Below are positions 7,614 to 16,908 of a stretch of DNA of 41,442 bases, piece after piece; positions within the stretch are counted from its first letter, which is position 1; every line of letters starts with the position of its first letter. Origin of the DNA: Saprospiraceae bacterium (GTDB lineage: Bacteria > Bacteroidota > Bacteroidia > Chitinophagales > Saprospiraceae); assembly GCA_020631545.1 (NCBI GenBank), contig JAHDHB010000005.1, positions 1-41,442 of the forward strand, written 5' to 3'. The notes under the pieces are model-generated. The model was not told the DNA's origin and ran no database searches. It saw only the letters and a program-made list of their open reading frames with translations. The position numbers and the translations under genes are program-made.

Positions 7614-8639
7614 ATGAAATTGAAGGATCGTATTGAGTTATTGAGTGTTCTAGGCAAAAAACTCTCAAAATCGGATGAACAGCTAGATACTGTAGTGCGT
7701 AAAGCTTATCATCACAATCGTTGGTTCGTTGAAGATAATGTACGAGCGTCCATCCGAGCCATTTGCCAAGAATTTTTAGATAAGGATAAGTTAACAGCTT
7801 GGACTAGTCAATATGACTTTGATTCTGAGAGGAATGCAAAGACGGTTGGACTTGTGATGGCAGGTAATATTCCATTGGTGGGGTTTCACGATTGGCTATG
7901 TACGTTTATTGCAGGCCATAAATCAATGATAAAACTCTCTGAAAAGGATAAAATTCTCTTACCCTATATCTTAGATTTTCTTGCTGATATAGCTCCCGAA
8001 ACTAAGGAACAGAACATAGTTGTTGACTTTCTAAAGGATTTTGATGCGGTAATCGCTACCGGAAGTAATAATTCTTCTAGGTATTTTGAAACGTATTTTG
8101 GAAAATACCCCAATATTATTCGAAAGAATAGAACTTCGGTTGCGGTGCTGAATGGAAAAGAAAGTGAGGAGGAGCTCATGAACTTGGGGCAAGATATCTT
8201 TAAGTATTTTGGTTTAGGATGTCGGAATGTATCTAAGATCTATGTGCCTAAGGGGTTTGATTTTGAGCGACTTCTAGAGGTTTTGCACGAGTATAGAGAA
8301 ATCGTTTTACACCATAAGTATAAGAATAATTTTGACTATAATTTTTCAATGCTTATTTTGAATAAAATCAAGCATTTCTCAAATGGATGCTTATTGATTC
8401 ATGAAAATGAATCTTTTCATTCAAGGATTGCCGATTTACATTACTCCGTTTATAAAGATATTACTAACTTAGCAGCACATTTGAACGAAAATGCTGAGCA
8501 ATTGCAATGTGTGGTGACTGGAATGGAATTGCCTTTACTTGAAACTGTTAAGTTTGGCGAGACGCAAACACCGACTTTATCGGATTATGCAGATGGTGTC
8601 AATACTTTGCAATTTATGGAACTACTAAGACAGAATTAA
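7614..8639 (+). CDS. LuxC-family acyl-CoA reductase-like protein
   Basis: 341 aa. VGLVMAGNIPLVGFHD, AVIATGSNNSSRYFE and the Cys-containing GLGCRNVSKIYVP match the Bacteroidota 'acyl-CoA reductase' family. That family is typically found divergent from a ferredoxin gene. Confidence 0.75.
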   Translation: MKLKDRIELLSVLGKKLSKSDEQLDTVVRKAYHHNRWFVEDNVRASIRAICQEFLDKDKLTAWTSQYDFDSERNAKTVGLVMAGNIPLVGFHDWLCTFIAGHKSMIKLSEKDKILLPYILDFLADIAPETKEQNIVVDFLKDFDAVIATGSNNSSRYFETYFGKYPNIIRKNRTSVAVLNGKESEEELMNLGQDIFKYFGLGCRNVSKIYVPKGFDFERLLEVLHEYREIVLHHKYKNNFDYNFSMLILNKIKHFSNGCLLIHENESFHSRIADLHYSVYKDITNLAAHLNENAEQLQCVVTGMELPLLETVKFGETQTPTLSDYADGVNTLQFMELLRQN

Positions 8640-8733
8640 CGTTGAAATAGATCGTTTAATGTTAATTTTTTCCTTCATTTATACAAAACTTTAAATGCAG
8701 TCTTACTGCGATTTTACGGATAAAACTAGGTTT

Positions 8734-9531
8734 ATGAAATCATCAAATTTTTTGAGTGTCCTTCTTGTAATGATCATGTTTACTTGTACGGGATGTATTG
8801 ACTTTGTTGAAGAACTATTTTTGAATAAGGATGGTTCTGGTAAGTACATTTTTTCTTATGATATGAGTAAGATGATGGATAAAGATGGCATGGCTGCTAT
8901 GTTTAAGAATATGGCGAATGAAGGTAAAGAAGAGGAAGCCGAAGAGGGGGAAGATACGGGAGAAGAGGTTAATGCAGAACCTGTTGTGATGGATTCTGTT
9001 GTTTACTTTAAAGATGTGCCCGGTATGAAGGAAAAATTTGCCGATAATCCTGGTTTTTTGGACAAGGTGACGATGCACATTAATATGGATGAGCTGAATA
9101 AAAAATTCTTGATGTCCTTCAAGTTTGATTTTGATAATGTCTCTGAAATTGATTATTTCTATAATAATGTAGATAAATTGATGGATGATGATGGTTCTGG
9201 AGAACCTAATCCAATGGATGGTATGTTCCCTGAATCTGCAAAGGTAAAAGGTCTTTTTTCATTGAAAGGAAAAACTTTTACTCGCAAGCAGGTTCCTTTG
9301 TTTGTGAAACAAGAAAAATCTGAGGAGGACGAGTCCAATGCGGAAATGATGCGTATGATGTTTGCTTCCGGAAGTTATAAAATGATTTATCACTTGCCGG
9401 GCAATGTGAAGAAGGCATCGAATAAAGAAGCTGAAATTGGAGATGATGGAAAGACCGTTATTATGAAGATTCCTATTTTGGATTATCTAGAAGAAAAGGT
9501 TCCTATGGGAAACAAGATGAAGTGGAAATAA
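8734..9531 (+). CDS. Hypothetical acidic lipoprotein
   Basis: The ORF is open from 8695, but the second Met gives a standard leader, MKSSNFLSVLLVMIMFTCTGC (lipobox Cys). The protein is Asp/Glu/Met-rich and has no recognisable domain. Confidence 0.6.
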   Translation: MKSSNFLSVLLVMIMFTCTGCIDFVEELFLNKDGSGKYIFSYDMSKMMDKDGMAAMFKNMANEGKEEEAEEGEDTGEEVNAEPVVMDSVVYFKDVPGMKEKFADNPGFLDKVTMHINMDELNKKFLMSFKFDFDNVSEIDYFYNNVDKLMDDDGSGEPNPMDGMFPESAKVKGLFSLKGKTFTRKQVPLFVKQEKSEEDESNAEMMRMMFASGSYKMIYHLPGNVKKASNKEAEIGDDGKTVIMKIPILDYLEEKVPMGNKMKWK

Positions 9532-9546
9532 CTTCTTATTTTTTAT

Positions 9547-9590
9547 AAAAAAGGGATGAAATATGCATTATTGTATTTCATCCCTTTTTT
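9547..9590. terminator. Bidirectional rho-independent terminator
   Basis: A perfect 11-bp stem pairs gggatgaaata with tatttcatccc. A-run and T-run extensions lie on both sides, between convergent genes. Confidence 0.75.
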
Positions 9591-9592
9591 CT

Positions 9593-10756
9593 TTAAAGCT
9601 TATAGAACTTATAGGTGGTTCCTTGTGCGTTTATATAATAAACACCTGAGGAAAGATGTTTTAAATTTAATTCTAGGAAATTAGCCCCAGGCTCTAGTGC
9701 TAGAATACTGTTGAATACTGATTTTCCTAATGCATTCCTGATTTGGATGGGAGTTTGAGCATAATCCCAACTATGAATTGCTACCGAAGCTGTTTCCTTG
9801 GTAGGATTTGGATAGACTAAGATCGGTTCTTGTAGTTTGCCTTCTAGGAATCGTATTTGACTATAGGTCGTTTTTCCATCAAAATCTATTTGTTTTAGTC
9901 TATAATATGCTGGTTTGATAGACGCGTGCTCATCGATAAAAGCATAATTCTGTTTTTCGAAAGTCGTTCCTGCTCCTTGGACTTGGCCAATATTAAAGAA
10001 GGAAAATCCATCTTCTGCTCTTTGTATGGAAAAATGACGATTGTTGGTCTCTGATGCAGTTTCCCAAGTTAGTGCTACTTGATGATTTATTCTTTCAACC
10101 TTGAAATTGGTCAATTCAATAGGTAAAGGACTAGCTGAGTTGCAATCTATCCCTGAATTTTCAGTAAATACTAGACTGAAATCTAGAAATTCCCCTACAT
10201 CAAAAGCTTGATTGTCATTGACATTAATCCGCCATGTCCCACAAGCTGAGCCTGAGAAAGAGGCTAGGGAATTGCCATCATTAGGGGTGAAAGTTCCAGT
10301 ATTATTCGCTGTCGCACTGAGGGTTAAAGCTTGACTATCAAAAGGAATTGCGCCAGTCGTTATAAAATTTATTTGAAATGTATCCGCACATTCAAACTGG
10401 TTTAGTAGTCCACACATATAATGAGTATCGCCATGATAACCTTCTAGGCCTACAAGCCGAATGGTTTGCCCACTTGGAGATGTAAGTGAAATAGTTAAAT
10501 CGCCTAGGTATTCATGCGTGAAATTTAGATTAACACCAAGGAGAGGATTTGTGCTTAGATCACAATCGCCCACGCCAGAATCATCCACATTCATGTAAAA
10601 ATCTTGATTAGTATTGTCAGGAAGTGATTGGGGGCAATTGGTACAAATGCATTGCGCTAGACTATAATTCCAAGGAATAAGGAATAGTACAAGTATTTGA
10701 AATCCTTTGTTAAAAATGTAAGGTTTGTTTTTCATGCTTTGGTAATTATGGTTCAA
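9593..10756 (-). CDS. Secreted protein with a proprotein-convertase P-domain and a T9SS C-terminal sorting domain, but no protease domain
   Basis: Signal peptide ...NYSLAQC. HEYLGDLTISLTSPSGQTIRLV and GTWRINVNDNQAFDVGEFLDFSLVF are P-domain hallmarks. Next comes LTNFKVERINHQVALTWETASETNNRHFSIQRAEDG. The C-terminal end VYPNPTKETASVAI...SGVYYINAQGTTYKFYKL fits a Por/T9SS CTD. Confidence 0.75.
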   Translation of the reverse strand: MNHNYQSMKNKPYIFNKGFQILVLFLIPWNYSLAQCICTNCPQSLPDNTNQDFYMNVDDSGVGDCDLSTNPLLGVNLNFTHEYLGDLTISLTSPSGQTIRLVGLEGYHGDTHYMCGLLNQFECADTFQINFITTGAIPFDSQALTLSATANNTGTFTPNDGNSLASFSGSACGTWRINVNDNQAFDVGEFLDFSLVFTENSGIDCNSASPLPIELTNFKVERINHQVALTWETASETNNRHFSIQRAEDGFSFFNIGQVQGAGTTFEKQNYAFIDEHASIKPAYYRLKQIDFDGKTTYSQIRFLEGKLQEPILVYPNPTKETASVAIHSWDYAQTPIQIRNALGKSVFNSILALEPGANFLELNLKHLSSGVYYINAQGTTYKFYKL

Positions 10757-11152
10757 AAGGGAAGCTTTATTTGGGTGTAAAGCTGGAGGTAGTTAAAGCT
10801 AGGGAGTGTTCGATTTTCCCTTAAATTGACAGATAGGCTTTGGATGGATAGGGTAGCTTGAATGGGAACAATCCCCAGATTTTCTAGTAGAAAACCAAGT
10901 AGATTTGAGTTGGCTATCCGATTGAAGTATAATTACGGCAGTGTAATAAGCTATTTACTATGGAATAAAGGTAAACAAAAAATCTTATTTTGTAATAATT
11001 TTAAAATTTATTTTGTGGCGCGAAATTATACATCGATTAAGTGCTAATGTTTGTCTTGCGAAGTTTTCATATAAATGATACGAATTGTTTCATATTCTCC
11101 TAGGAAGGGCTTAAATTTGTTGAACTTTTAACCAATTTTTATCCTAAAATAA

Positions 11153-11560
11153 ATGCTTAGAAACGAAACTAGTGTACGGGTTCGATATGCTGAAACAGAT
11201 CAAATGGGTTATGCTTATCATGGTAATTACGTTCAATATTTTGAGATAGGAAGGACTGAGATTTTACGAGAATTGGGGTTTCCTTATGCTCGGATGGAAA
11301 AAGATGGCGTACTTTGTCCTGTAATGTCGATGCAATTCCGCTTTGTACGACCAGCTATGTACGATGAATTGATTAAGATTTGTACTGAAATTCGGAAAAT
11401 GCCTGATGATAAGGTGGTCTTTCATCATGAGTTATATAATGAAAAAGGAAAACTTCTATGTGGTGGTTCGGTAAAATTAGCTTTTGTTTCTAGTGATACA
11501 CGTAGGCGATGTCAAGTTCCTGAAGTTTTGGGTGCTGAAATGCGAAAGTCATTTGAGTAG
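11153..11560 (+). CDS. YbgC/4HBT-family acyl-CoA thioesterase
   Basis: 135 aa. VRVRYAETDQMGYAYHGNYVQYFEIGRTEILRELG is the hot-dog fold thioesterase N-terminal signature, including the catalytic Asp. Confidence 0.85.
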   Translation: MLRNETSVRVRYAETDQMGYAYHGNYVQYFEIGRTEILRELGFPYARMEKDGVLCPVMSMQFRFVRPAMYDELIKICTEIRKMPDDKVVFHHELYNEKGKLLCGGSVKLAFVSSDTRRRCQVPEVLGAEMRKSFE

Positions 11561-11582
11561 GGTTGGGACAAGTAGCGTTTTA

Positions 11583-13685
11583 TTAAGGCATGAGCATATC
11601 CTGGAGAATGAAATAGCATTCCTCAATGAAGATATCTTCCTGAATATCTTTCATGATAGTTTTGTTCGTTTTCGCTAGGATTGGATCCGAAGGTATCAGT
11701 TTTTGCACATAAGCATTATTCTTTACAATGTACTCTTCGGAAGGATTCAAGAGTATTTTTTGCTCTACTTGTTCTTTATTTTTTTCTTGTTGCTTCATCT
11801 CCCAATAGCCTTCAAAATCTAGGGGAACCTTGACTTTATTGACATTCTCTGTACTTAAGGAATCTAACTTTTGTGTAATGTATTTGAATTCCTCCTTCAT
11901 AAGGATTCTGTCTTTACTCTTTTTTATTAAGCGTTCTTTATCGAATTGAGGTTCGGGGTTATAGTAAAATGTTTTATACAAGGTATCTCTTTTAAGGGCG
12001 TAGTTTAAGGAGGACTCTCTTTCGTAGTAAGATTCCCACAAATCGGGTAGTATTATATCAGGCTGTAAACCATCTCCTTGGAAAGAACCTCCATTTATTT
12101 TGTAGATTTTTTCCATAGTGACTTTCAGGAAGCCATTTTCAGAGGTTTTTTCCTTGAATAAAGCCATATTGTGTAGGATATTAGTATCTAAAGGAACTAT
12201 GATTTGACTACTAGATTTTCCGTGGGTAGGACTTCCCACAATAATAGCGCGGTTATAACATTGAAGAGTAGAGGCAAAAATCTCAGAAGCAGAAGCCGAA
12301 AACCCATTAACAAGAACGGTGATCGGTTTATCAAAAGCCTTACCTTTATTTTTATCTTTCCATACTTCAGGAATCCCACCATTATATTTCCAAATGCTTA
12401 AAGGCCCTTCATTAATGAAGATTCCTGCAAAGTCCATCGCTTCTTCGACTGAACCTCCTCCATTATTACGTAAATCGAGGATTAATCCTTCAACTTTTTC
12501 CTTGTTAAGTCTGGCAATTTCTCTAGCTACATCATCAGCTAGCCCTTTGGAATTGCTGTTTTTTCCTCCAAAGTAAAATGACGGGATAGCCATATAGGCA
12601 ATTTTGTTCTTTCCATTCAAAAGGAAACTCTTTAAGGTATTAAATTCTATTTTGGATTTGGATTTTTTTAGTTCAATAGTAATGTGCTTACCTGAAGTGT
12701 TTTTTACCGTGATTTTCATTTTCTTGATGGAAGAAGCTTCGATTTTGCTGTTCAGTTGGAAGGCATCTGTACAATTCAAATCGGGCTGAATAGAATCGTC
12801 TAAAATTACTCTTTTCACTAAATCTCCTTCTGCTAAAGCATTAGATTTCCAGGCTGCACCCCCTGGCGTTAAGGAGGCAATTTCTATTTCTTCTTCTTGG
12901 TTTTGAACGAAAGATAGCCCAAAGGATTCTCCTTCTTGAGAAAGTGAAGAGATAAACCAATCGTTGTCATCTTGGGTGAAATAACTAGAGTTTGGGTCGT
13001 AACTTAATGCGATTGATTCCATAAAAATGGAGTGCATTATTTGTGGTAAACCCTCTTTGGGATTTGCTTTTTTTTCTAAGGAACAGTTGATTCTTGTTCG
13101 TATTTTATCTTTTGCATCAGGAATTTTTTTATAAAACTCGGCATACTTAATCGTATTGGCAGTACTATCATCTAAATCTGAATAGATCTGCCGAATGATG
13201 CTGTGTTTTAAATATTTTCTCCATTTTTCGTAATGTGTTTCTTTTGAATTTTGTTTTGTTTTTGTTTTTTTGGAATAGTTTATGAATAATGTTTCTTTCC
13301 TTTGAAAATCAAAATTTTGATTTAAAATAGAATTAACTAAAGAATCGGCTTGCGAAATTCGTTCCTTGAAAAGTAGAGCCATTTTACTAGTAAATGTACA
13401 TGATTTGTTGCTGATTTCTTCATCAAGTTTAAATTGGAAACTGGAAAGTTCTTCTAAATCTTGTGGGAGAAGATAAAAGCCCCAAGGATCAGAAATTTCT
13501 AAAAAATTATGATAGGTACGTCTAGAAAGCTCATTATTTAAGGGCAATGGATGGTAATGAAATGCATTCATCAAATGCCATAAAGCAGCAGCTTGTTCAC
13601 ATTTGTGCATGTTTTTTTGCCCGTAGAGAGGAGACGATAAAAACAAGAAGAGTATGTAAATATAGATATTGTTCTTCGGAATCAA
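11583..13685 (-). CDS. S41-family C-terminal processing (tail-specific) peptidase, exported
   Basis: 700 aa with a signal peptide (ILFLFLSSPLYGQ). LILDLRNNGGGSVEEA, catalytic Ser in NGFSASASEIFA and catalytic Lys in GSPTHGKSSSQ. Confidence 0.85.
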   Translation of the reverse strand: MIPKNNIYIYILFLFLSSPLYGQKNMHKCEQAAALWHLMNAFHYHPLPLNNELSRRTYHNFLEISDPWGFYLLPQDLEELSSFQFKLDEEISNKSCTFTSKMALLFKERISQADSLVNSILNQNFDFQRKETLFINYSKKTKTKQNSKETHYEKWRKYLKHSIIRQIYSDLDDSTANTIKYAEFYKKIPDAKDKIRTRINCSLEKKANPKEGLPQIMHSIFMESIALSYDPNSSYFTQDDNDWFISSLSQEGESFGLSFVQNQEEEIEIASLTPGGAAWKSNALAEGDLVKRVILDDSIQPDLNCTDAFQLNSKIEASSIKKMKITVKNTSGKHITIELKKSKSKIEFNTLKSFLLNGKNKIAYMAIPSFYFGGKNSNSKGLADDVAREIARLNKEKVEGLILDLRNNGGGSVEEAMDFAGIFINEGPLSIWKYNGGIPEVWKDKNKGKAFDKPITVLVNGFSASASEIFASTLQCYNRAIIVGSPTHGKSSSQIIVPLDTNILHNMALFKEKTSENGFLKVTMEKIYKINGGSFQGDGLQPDIILPDLWESYYERESSLNYALKRDTLYKTFYYNPEPQFDKERLIKKSKDRILMKEEFKYITQKLDSLSTENVNKVKVPLDFEGYWEMKQQEKNKEQVEQKILLNPSEEYIVKNNAYVQKLIPSDPILAKTNKTIMKDIQEDIFIEECYFILQDMLMP

Positions 13686-13903
13686 TGAATTTATATTTAT
13701 TGTGTAGAAAAAATGAGGATAAATGGTGTTGTTTCTAAGTTTTGGGCAATTTAAGTTTGTTATTTATTCGATATTTTGCATTGCTCACCTATTACTTTTC
13801 CTCTTTACTAAAATACTTCACCTTGCTTAAACTATTTCAATTACCTAGGAACAGAACCTTTAGTAAAGTTAAGATATTAGAGGATAAGTAGCATAAAATA
13901 AAG

Positions 13904-13965
13904 TCATAAAAACACAAAAGTCGATGGAAAGACAATTACCTCCATCGACTTTTGTGTTTTTATGA
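13904..13965. terminator. Long perfect inverted repeat (25-bp arms, 12-nt loop) 8 nt after the VIT-VWA stop; probable strong terminator or REP-like element
   Basis: tcataaaaacacaaaagtcgatgga (13904-13928) is the exact reverse complement of tccatcgacttttgtgtttttatga (13941-13965). The loop is aagacaattacc. Confidence 0.6.
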
Positions 13966-13972
13966 GAATTCT

Positions 13973-16681
13973 TTATTCGTAAATTTCGTAAATTCTATTA
14001 TTGAAGACAAAGCGTACATTTCGTCCTAGAGCTAGGTAATTCGCTGTTTCTGGATTCTCTAGAAGTAGTTTGAAATATTTGCTGGAATTAAACTGAATTC
14101 TAGTCGTCTCAATATTTTGATTTTCTTGTACTTGGGCATCTGTCCAGTGGTTATTGTTTTGGTAGAATGCACGACCGTTAATGTTTCGAATATCAGCTGC
14201 TAGTTTTCCGAGTTCACTTATGCCCTCTTCCTCTGTTGTTTCGATTGAAGAATTGATACTAGTACTCGAAAGACTTTCTGTTTGGTTCATTTCCTGAATT
14301 TTTGTACTTGCAATAACACTGCGCTTACCTTCTTTTGATTTAGCCATCATATCATAAGATTCTGCGGCTTCTTCTTCAATGTGAGTATTGATAATTCGAG
14401 GGCGTAAAAGTTGATCTTGCTCTCGAATGGTATTGTTAGAGATGTTAATACGCTCATCTTCCAAAATGAGGTAGCTTGTATATGGTGTTATGATTCCGTG
14501 TTGTTTAGCCAGTCGAACAACCTCATTGACAAGTTCTTTATTCTCACCATGTAAACGGATTTGATCAAGTAAATAACCTACTGCTCTTGAAGCCCATAGC
14601 TGAGAAATGAACTGATGCTTATTCTCTGATCTATTGAAATTAACAGGGTATTTGAATGTTTCTAGATTACCATTGACATTTCCTTCTAAAGTAATGGTTG
14701 TCTGTCCATTTCCTTTATACCGACCAAAAAGAGAAATAGTAGAGCCTTTGAAAAAATCAGGTACTTGTTTAGGGTACATATCTGAAATGGTAATGCTACG
14801 GTCAAAATGAATTTTTACATCTGTAAGAATTGGAGAAGAGACATTCGTGTAAAAGTTTGAAACTTTCACTTCAATATCTTCATTAGGAAGTACATACGTG
14901 CGATAGCCTTTAGTCGTTTCTGTTAATTTATCCAATAAATGAGTATTCAATTCTGTACCAATGCCAAAGGTAAAAATCTTTGTGTTTTCAGCATTGTGCT
15001 GCTTGATTTTTTGTATTAGTTGCTCTTCCCTTGTTTCTCCGATAGTAGGTTTACCATCTGTCATAAAAATGATGGAATTGGGTCTATTATCTCTTTTAGA
15101 ATGAGCGAGTGCAAGTTCTAGGGCTTCGTCAATATTTGTACCTCCAATAGCTTTAAAACCATTGATATAGTCCTTAGCTTTCTTTATATTTGGTTCAGTT
15201 GCAGGTTGAGGAGAATCAAATAAAGAAGTAGCCTCGGTAGAAAATCTAACAATGTTAAAACAGTCGTTTATATTAAGATTATGGATGCAAAAGAGCAAGG
15301 CATTTTTGGCTTGATCCAATTTCTCTCCAGCCATACTCCCAGAGGCATCAAGTACAAAAGTCAAGTCTTTGTTAATGATTTCCTGAAACTTATCTAACCC
15401 AGAGTTAATATTCATCATGAAGTATCCGTCTTCTTTAGAAGGTTGATAATTGAGAACAGAAACACCAATTTTGGATTTCTTCGTATTGTAATAAAGTTTT
15501 AAATCGTTATCTGTATTCATATTTTTACCTTCGAAACCAATAGTTGCTTGTTTGTCACCTTTTCGGATGATTTCTACTTCATGAGTAGGACAATATATGT
15601 TCTTAATTTTGTTCTGTGTTTGAATGTTGACTTTTAAACTGAACTTCTTTAGAAAATTATAGTCTTGACTTGCAGGACTTTTTAAAGGGAAAGAATATTC
15701 AATAGTTTCATTGTCAATTGGTAGATTATAGGTGTAAGTTAGTTTTATTCTTTGTTCTTTTTTAGGTTGAATTGGAAATATTTTTACACGAAACAGACCA
15801 TGTTCATAATATTCTAATAGTGCAGGATCGTTGAAACGATTAACAATATCTTGATAGATTTTTCGAGCTTTTACTGCATCTAGTATTTCTCCTTGAGTTT
15901 CTTGCCCATTAATATGCATACTAAAGTAGTCAATACTAGCTCCTTTTGGAATAGGAAACACATAGTATCCTTGAAGTTGATGATTAGTTGGATTGAAAAA
16001 TACTTGATTCAATTGTGTTGTGGCTGAGTTTTCAGTAATCGAAACCTCTACTTGGTTGGAAATTAATTCCAAAGCAAATAGTTCAGTACTAGGGCGTGGA
16101 GTTGGTCGAGGTCTAACAATTGGTACGGGATCCGGTATGATCCAACCTCCGCCGTATGTAGGCTGAATCATAGCACATTCTAACTTTGTAAGTCCTGAAT
16201 CATCAATCCAATTATTAAGAAGCTCAGAATGGATTTCAAAAATAGAAGCGTGTTTATACTGTGAATTAATTTCTTCGACAGCTTTTTGTCCCACAGTTTT
16301 TTGTACCAAATACCCAACTGCACAAACGTTGTAGTCTTTATCAAGAAATACGGGTTTTCGTTCGTTAGGATATTCATAATTTCTTGGGAAAATGCCATTA
16401 TTCCAATAATTATTAAGAAGACTAATCATTTTACTTCTTTGATCTAGTTTTTTTTGAGGGAGATGACTAACATCGGTTCTACACAGATGATTTTCTACAT
16501 ATTCTAAATGAGTTTGTATTCTGAGGCTTTCATTTTCTTGTATAGTTGGTTGACAAAAAAAATTGATTGAAAAACTTAAATCGCCTATTACGTTATTTAT
16601 AGGAGAGATACCGAATAAATTCGGTAAAGAGAAGAAGAAACAAATTTGCACAAGGCATTTTAGTCTATTTTGATTTTTCAT
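13973..16681 (-). CDS. Exported VIT + von Willebrand factor A domain protein with an unassigned N-terminal domain
   Basis: 902 aa with a hydrophobic leader (LVQICFFFSLPNLFG). Unassigned domain at aa ~30-185, then the Pro-rich linker PDPVPIVRPRPTPRPS. VIT-like region at aa ~200-330 (QGYYVFPIPKGASIDYFSMHINGQETQGEI...KARKIYQDIV...LFRVKIFPI). The VWA domain has a complete MIDAS: VLDASGSMAG, GGTNIDEAL, FMTDGKPT. Confidence 0.8.
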   Translation of the reverse strand: MKNQNRLKCLVQICFFFSLPNLFGISPINNVIGDLSFSINFFCQPTIQENESLRIQTHLEYVENHLCRTDVSHLPQKKLDQRSKMISLLNNYWNNGIFPRNYEYPNERKPVFLDKDYNVCAVGYLVQKTVGQKAVEEINSQYKHASIFEIHSELLNNWIDDSGLTKLECAMIQPTYGGGWIIPDPVPIVRPRPTPRPSTELFALELISNQVEVSITENSATTQLNQVFFNPTNHQLQGYYVFPIPKGASIDYFSMHINGQETQGEILDAVKARKIYQDIVNRFNDPALLEYYEHGLFRVKIFPIQPKKEQRIKLTYTYNLPIDNETIEYSFPLKSPASQDYNFLKKFSLKVNIQTQNKIKNIYCPTHEVEIIRKGDKQATIGFEGKNMNTDNDLKLYYNTKKSKIGVSVLNYQPSKEDGYFMMNINSGLDKFQEIINKDLTFVLDASGSMAGEKLDQAKNALLFCIHNLNINDCFNIVRFSTEATSLFDSPQPATEPNIKKAKDYINGFKAIGGTNIDEALELALAHSKRDNRPNSIIFMTDGKPTIGETREEQLIQKIKQHNAENTKIFTFGIGTELNTHLLDKLTETTKGYRTYVLPNEDIEVKVSNFYTNVSSPILTDVKIHFDRSITISDMYPKQVPDFFKGSTISLFGRYKGNGQTTITLEGNVNGNLETFKYPVNFNRSENKHQFISQLWASRAVGYLLDQIRLHGENKELVNEVVRLAKQHGIITPYTSYLILEDERINISNNTIREQDQLLRPRIINTHIEEEAAESYDMMAKSKEGKRSVIASTKIQEMNQTESLSSTSINSSIETTEEEGISELGKLAADIRNINGRAFYQNNNHWTDAQVQENQNIETTRIQFNSSKYFKLLLENPETANYLALGRNVRFVFNNRIYEIYE

Positions 16682-16908
16682 GCTGCTCGTATTTTGTTTT
16701 AAGAAGAGTTAAAATATGGATTATTCCACTTGGATTCTTAAAATTAGTACAATGTTTAAGATGCAGCGTAGGTATTAAAATGGTGTGTGGTAGTTCAAAA
16801 GAACGAAAGAAATAAATCTTTTATTAGAATTATTGGATAAATGCTATGATAATTGCATAATTATGCTTTACTTGCGTTCTAATTGTTTAAATTCTAATTT
16901 AGAATAAG

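Noticed and set aside
7460-7657. 65-aa ORF spanning the ferredoxin/acyl-CoA-reductase divergent promoter region
   Set aside because: It overlaps both candidate -7 boxes and the start of the reductase gene, and its translation is low-complexity.
10862-11047. 61-aa ORF in the 395-bp spacer upstream of the thioesterase gene
   Set aside because: It has no motif and no sensible start context, and its composition is typical of AT-rich non-coding DNA.
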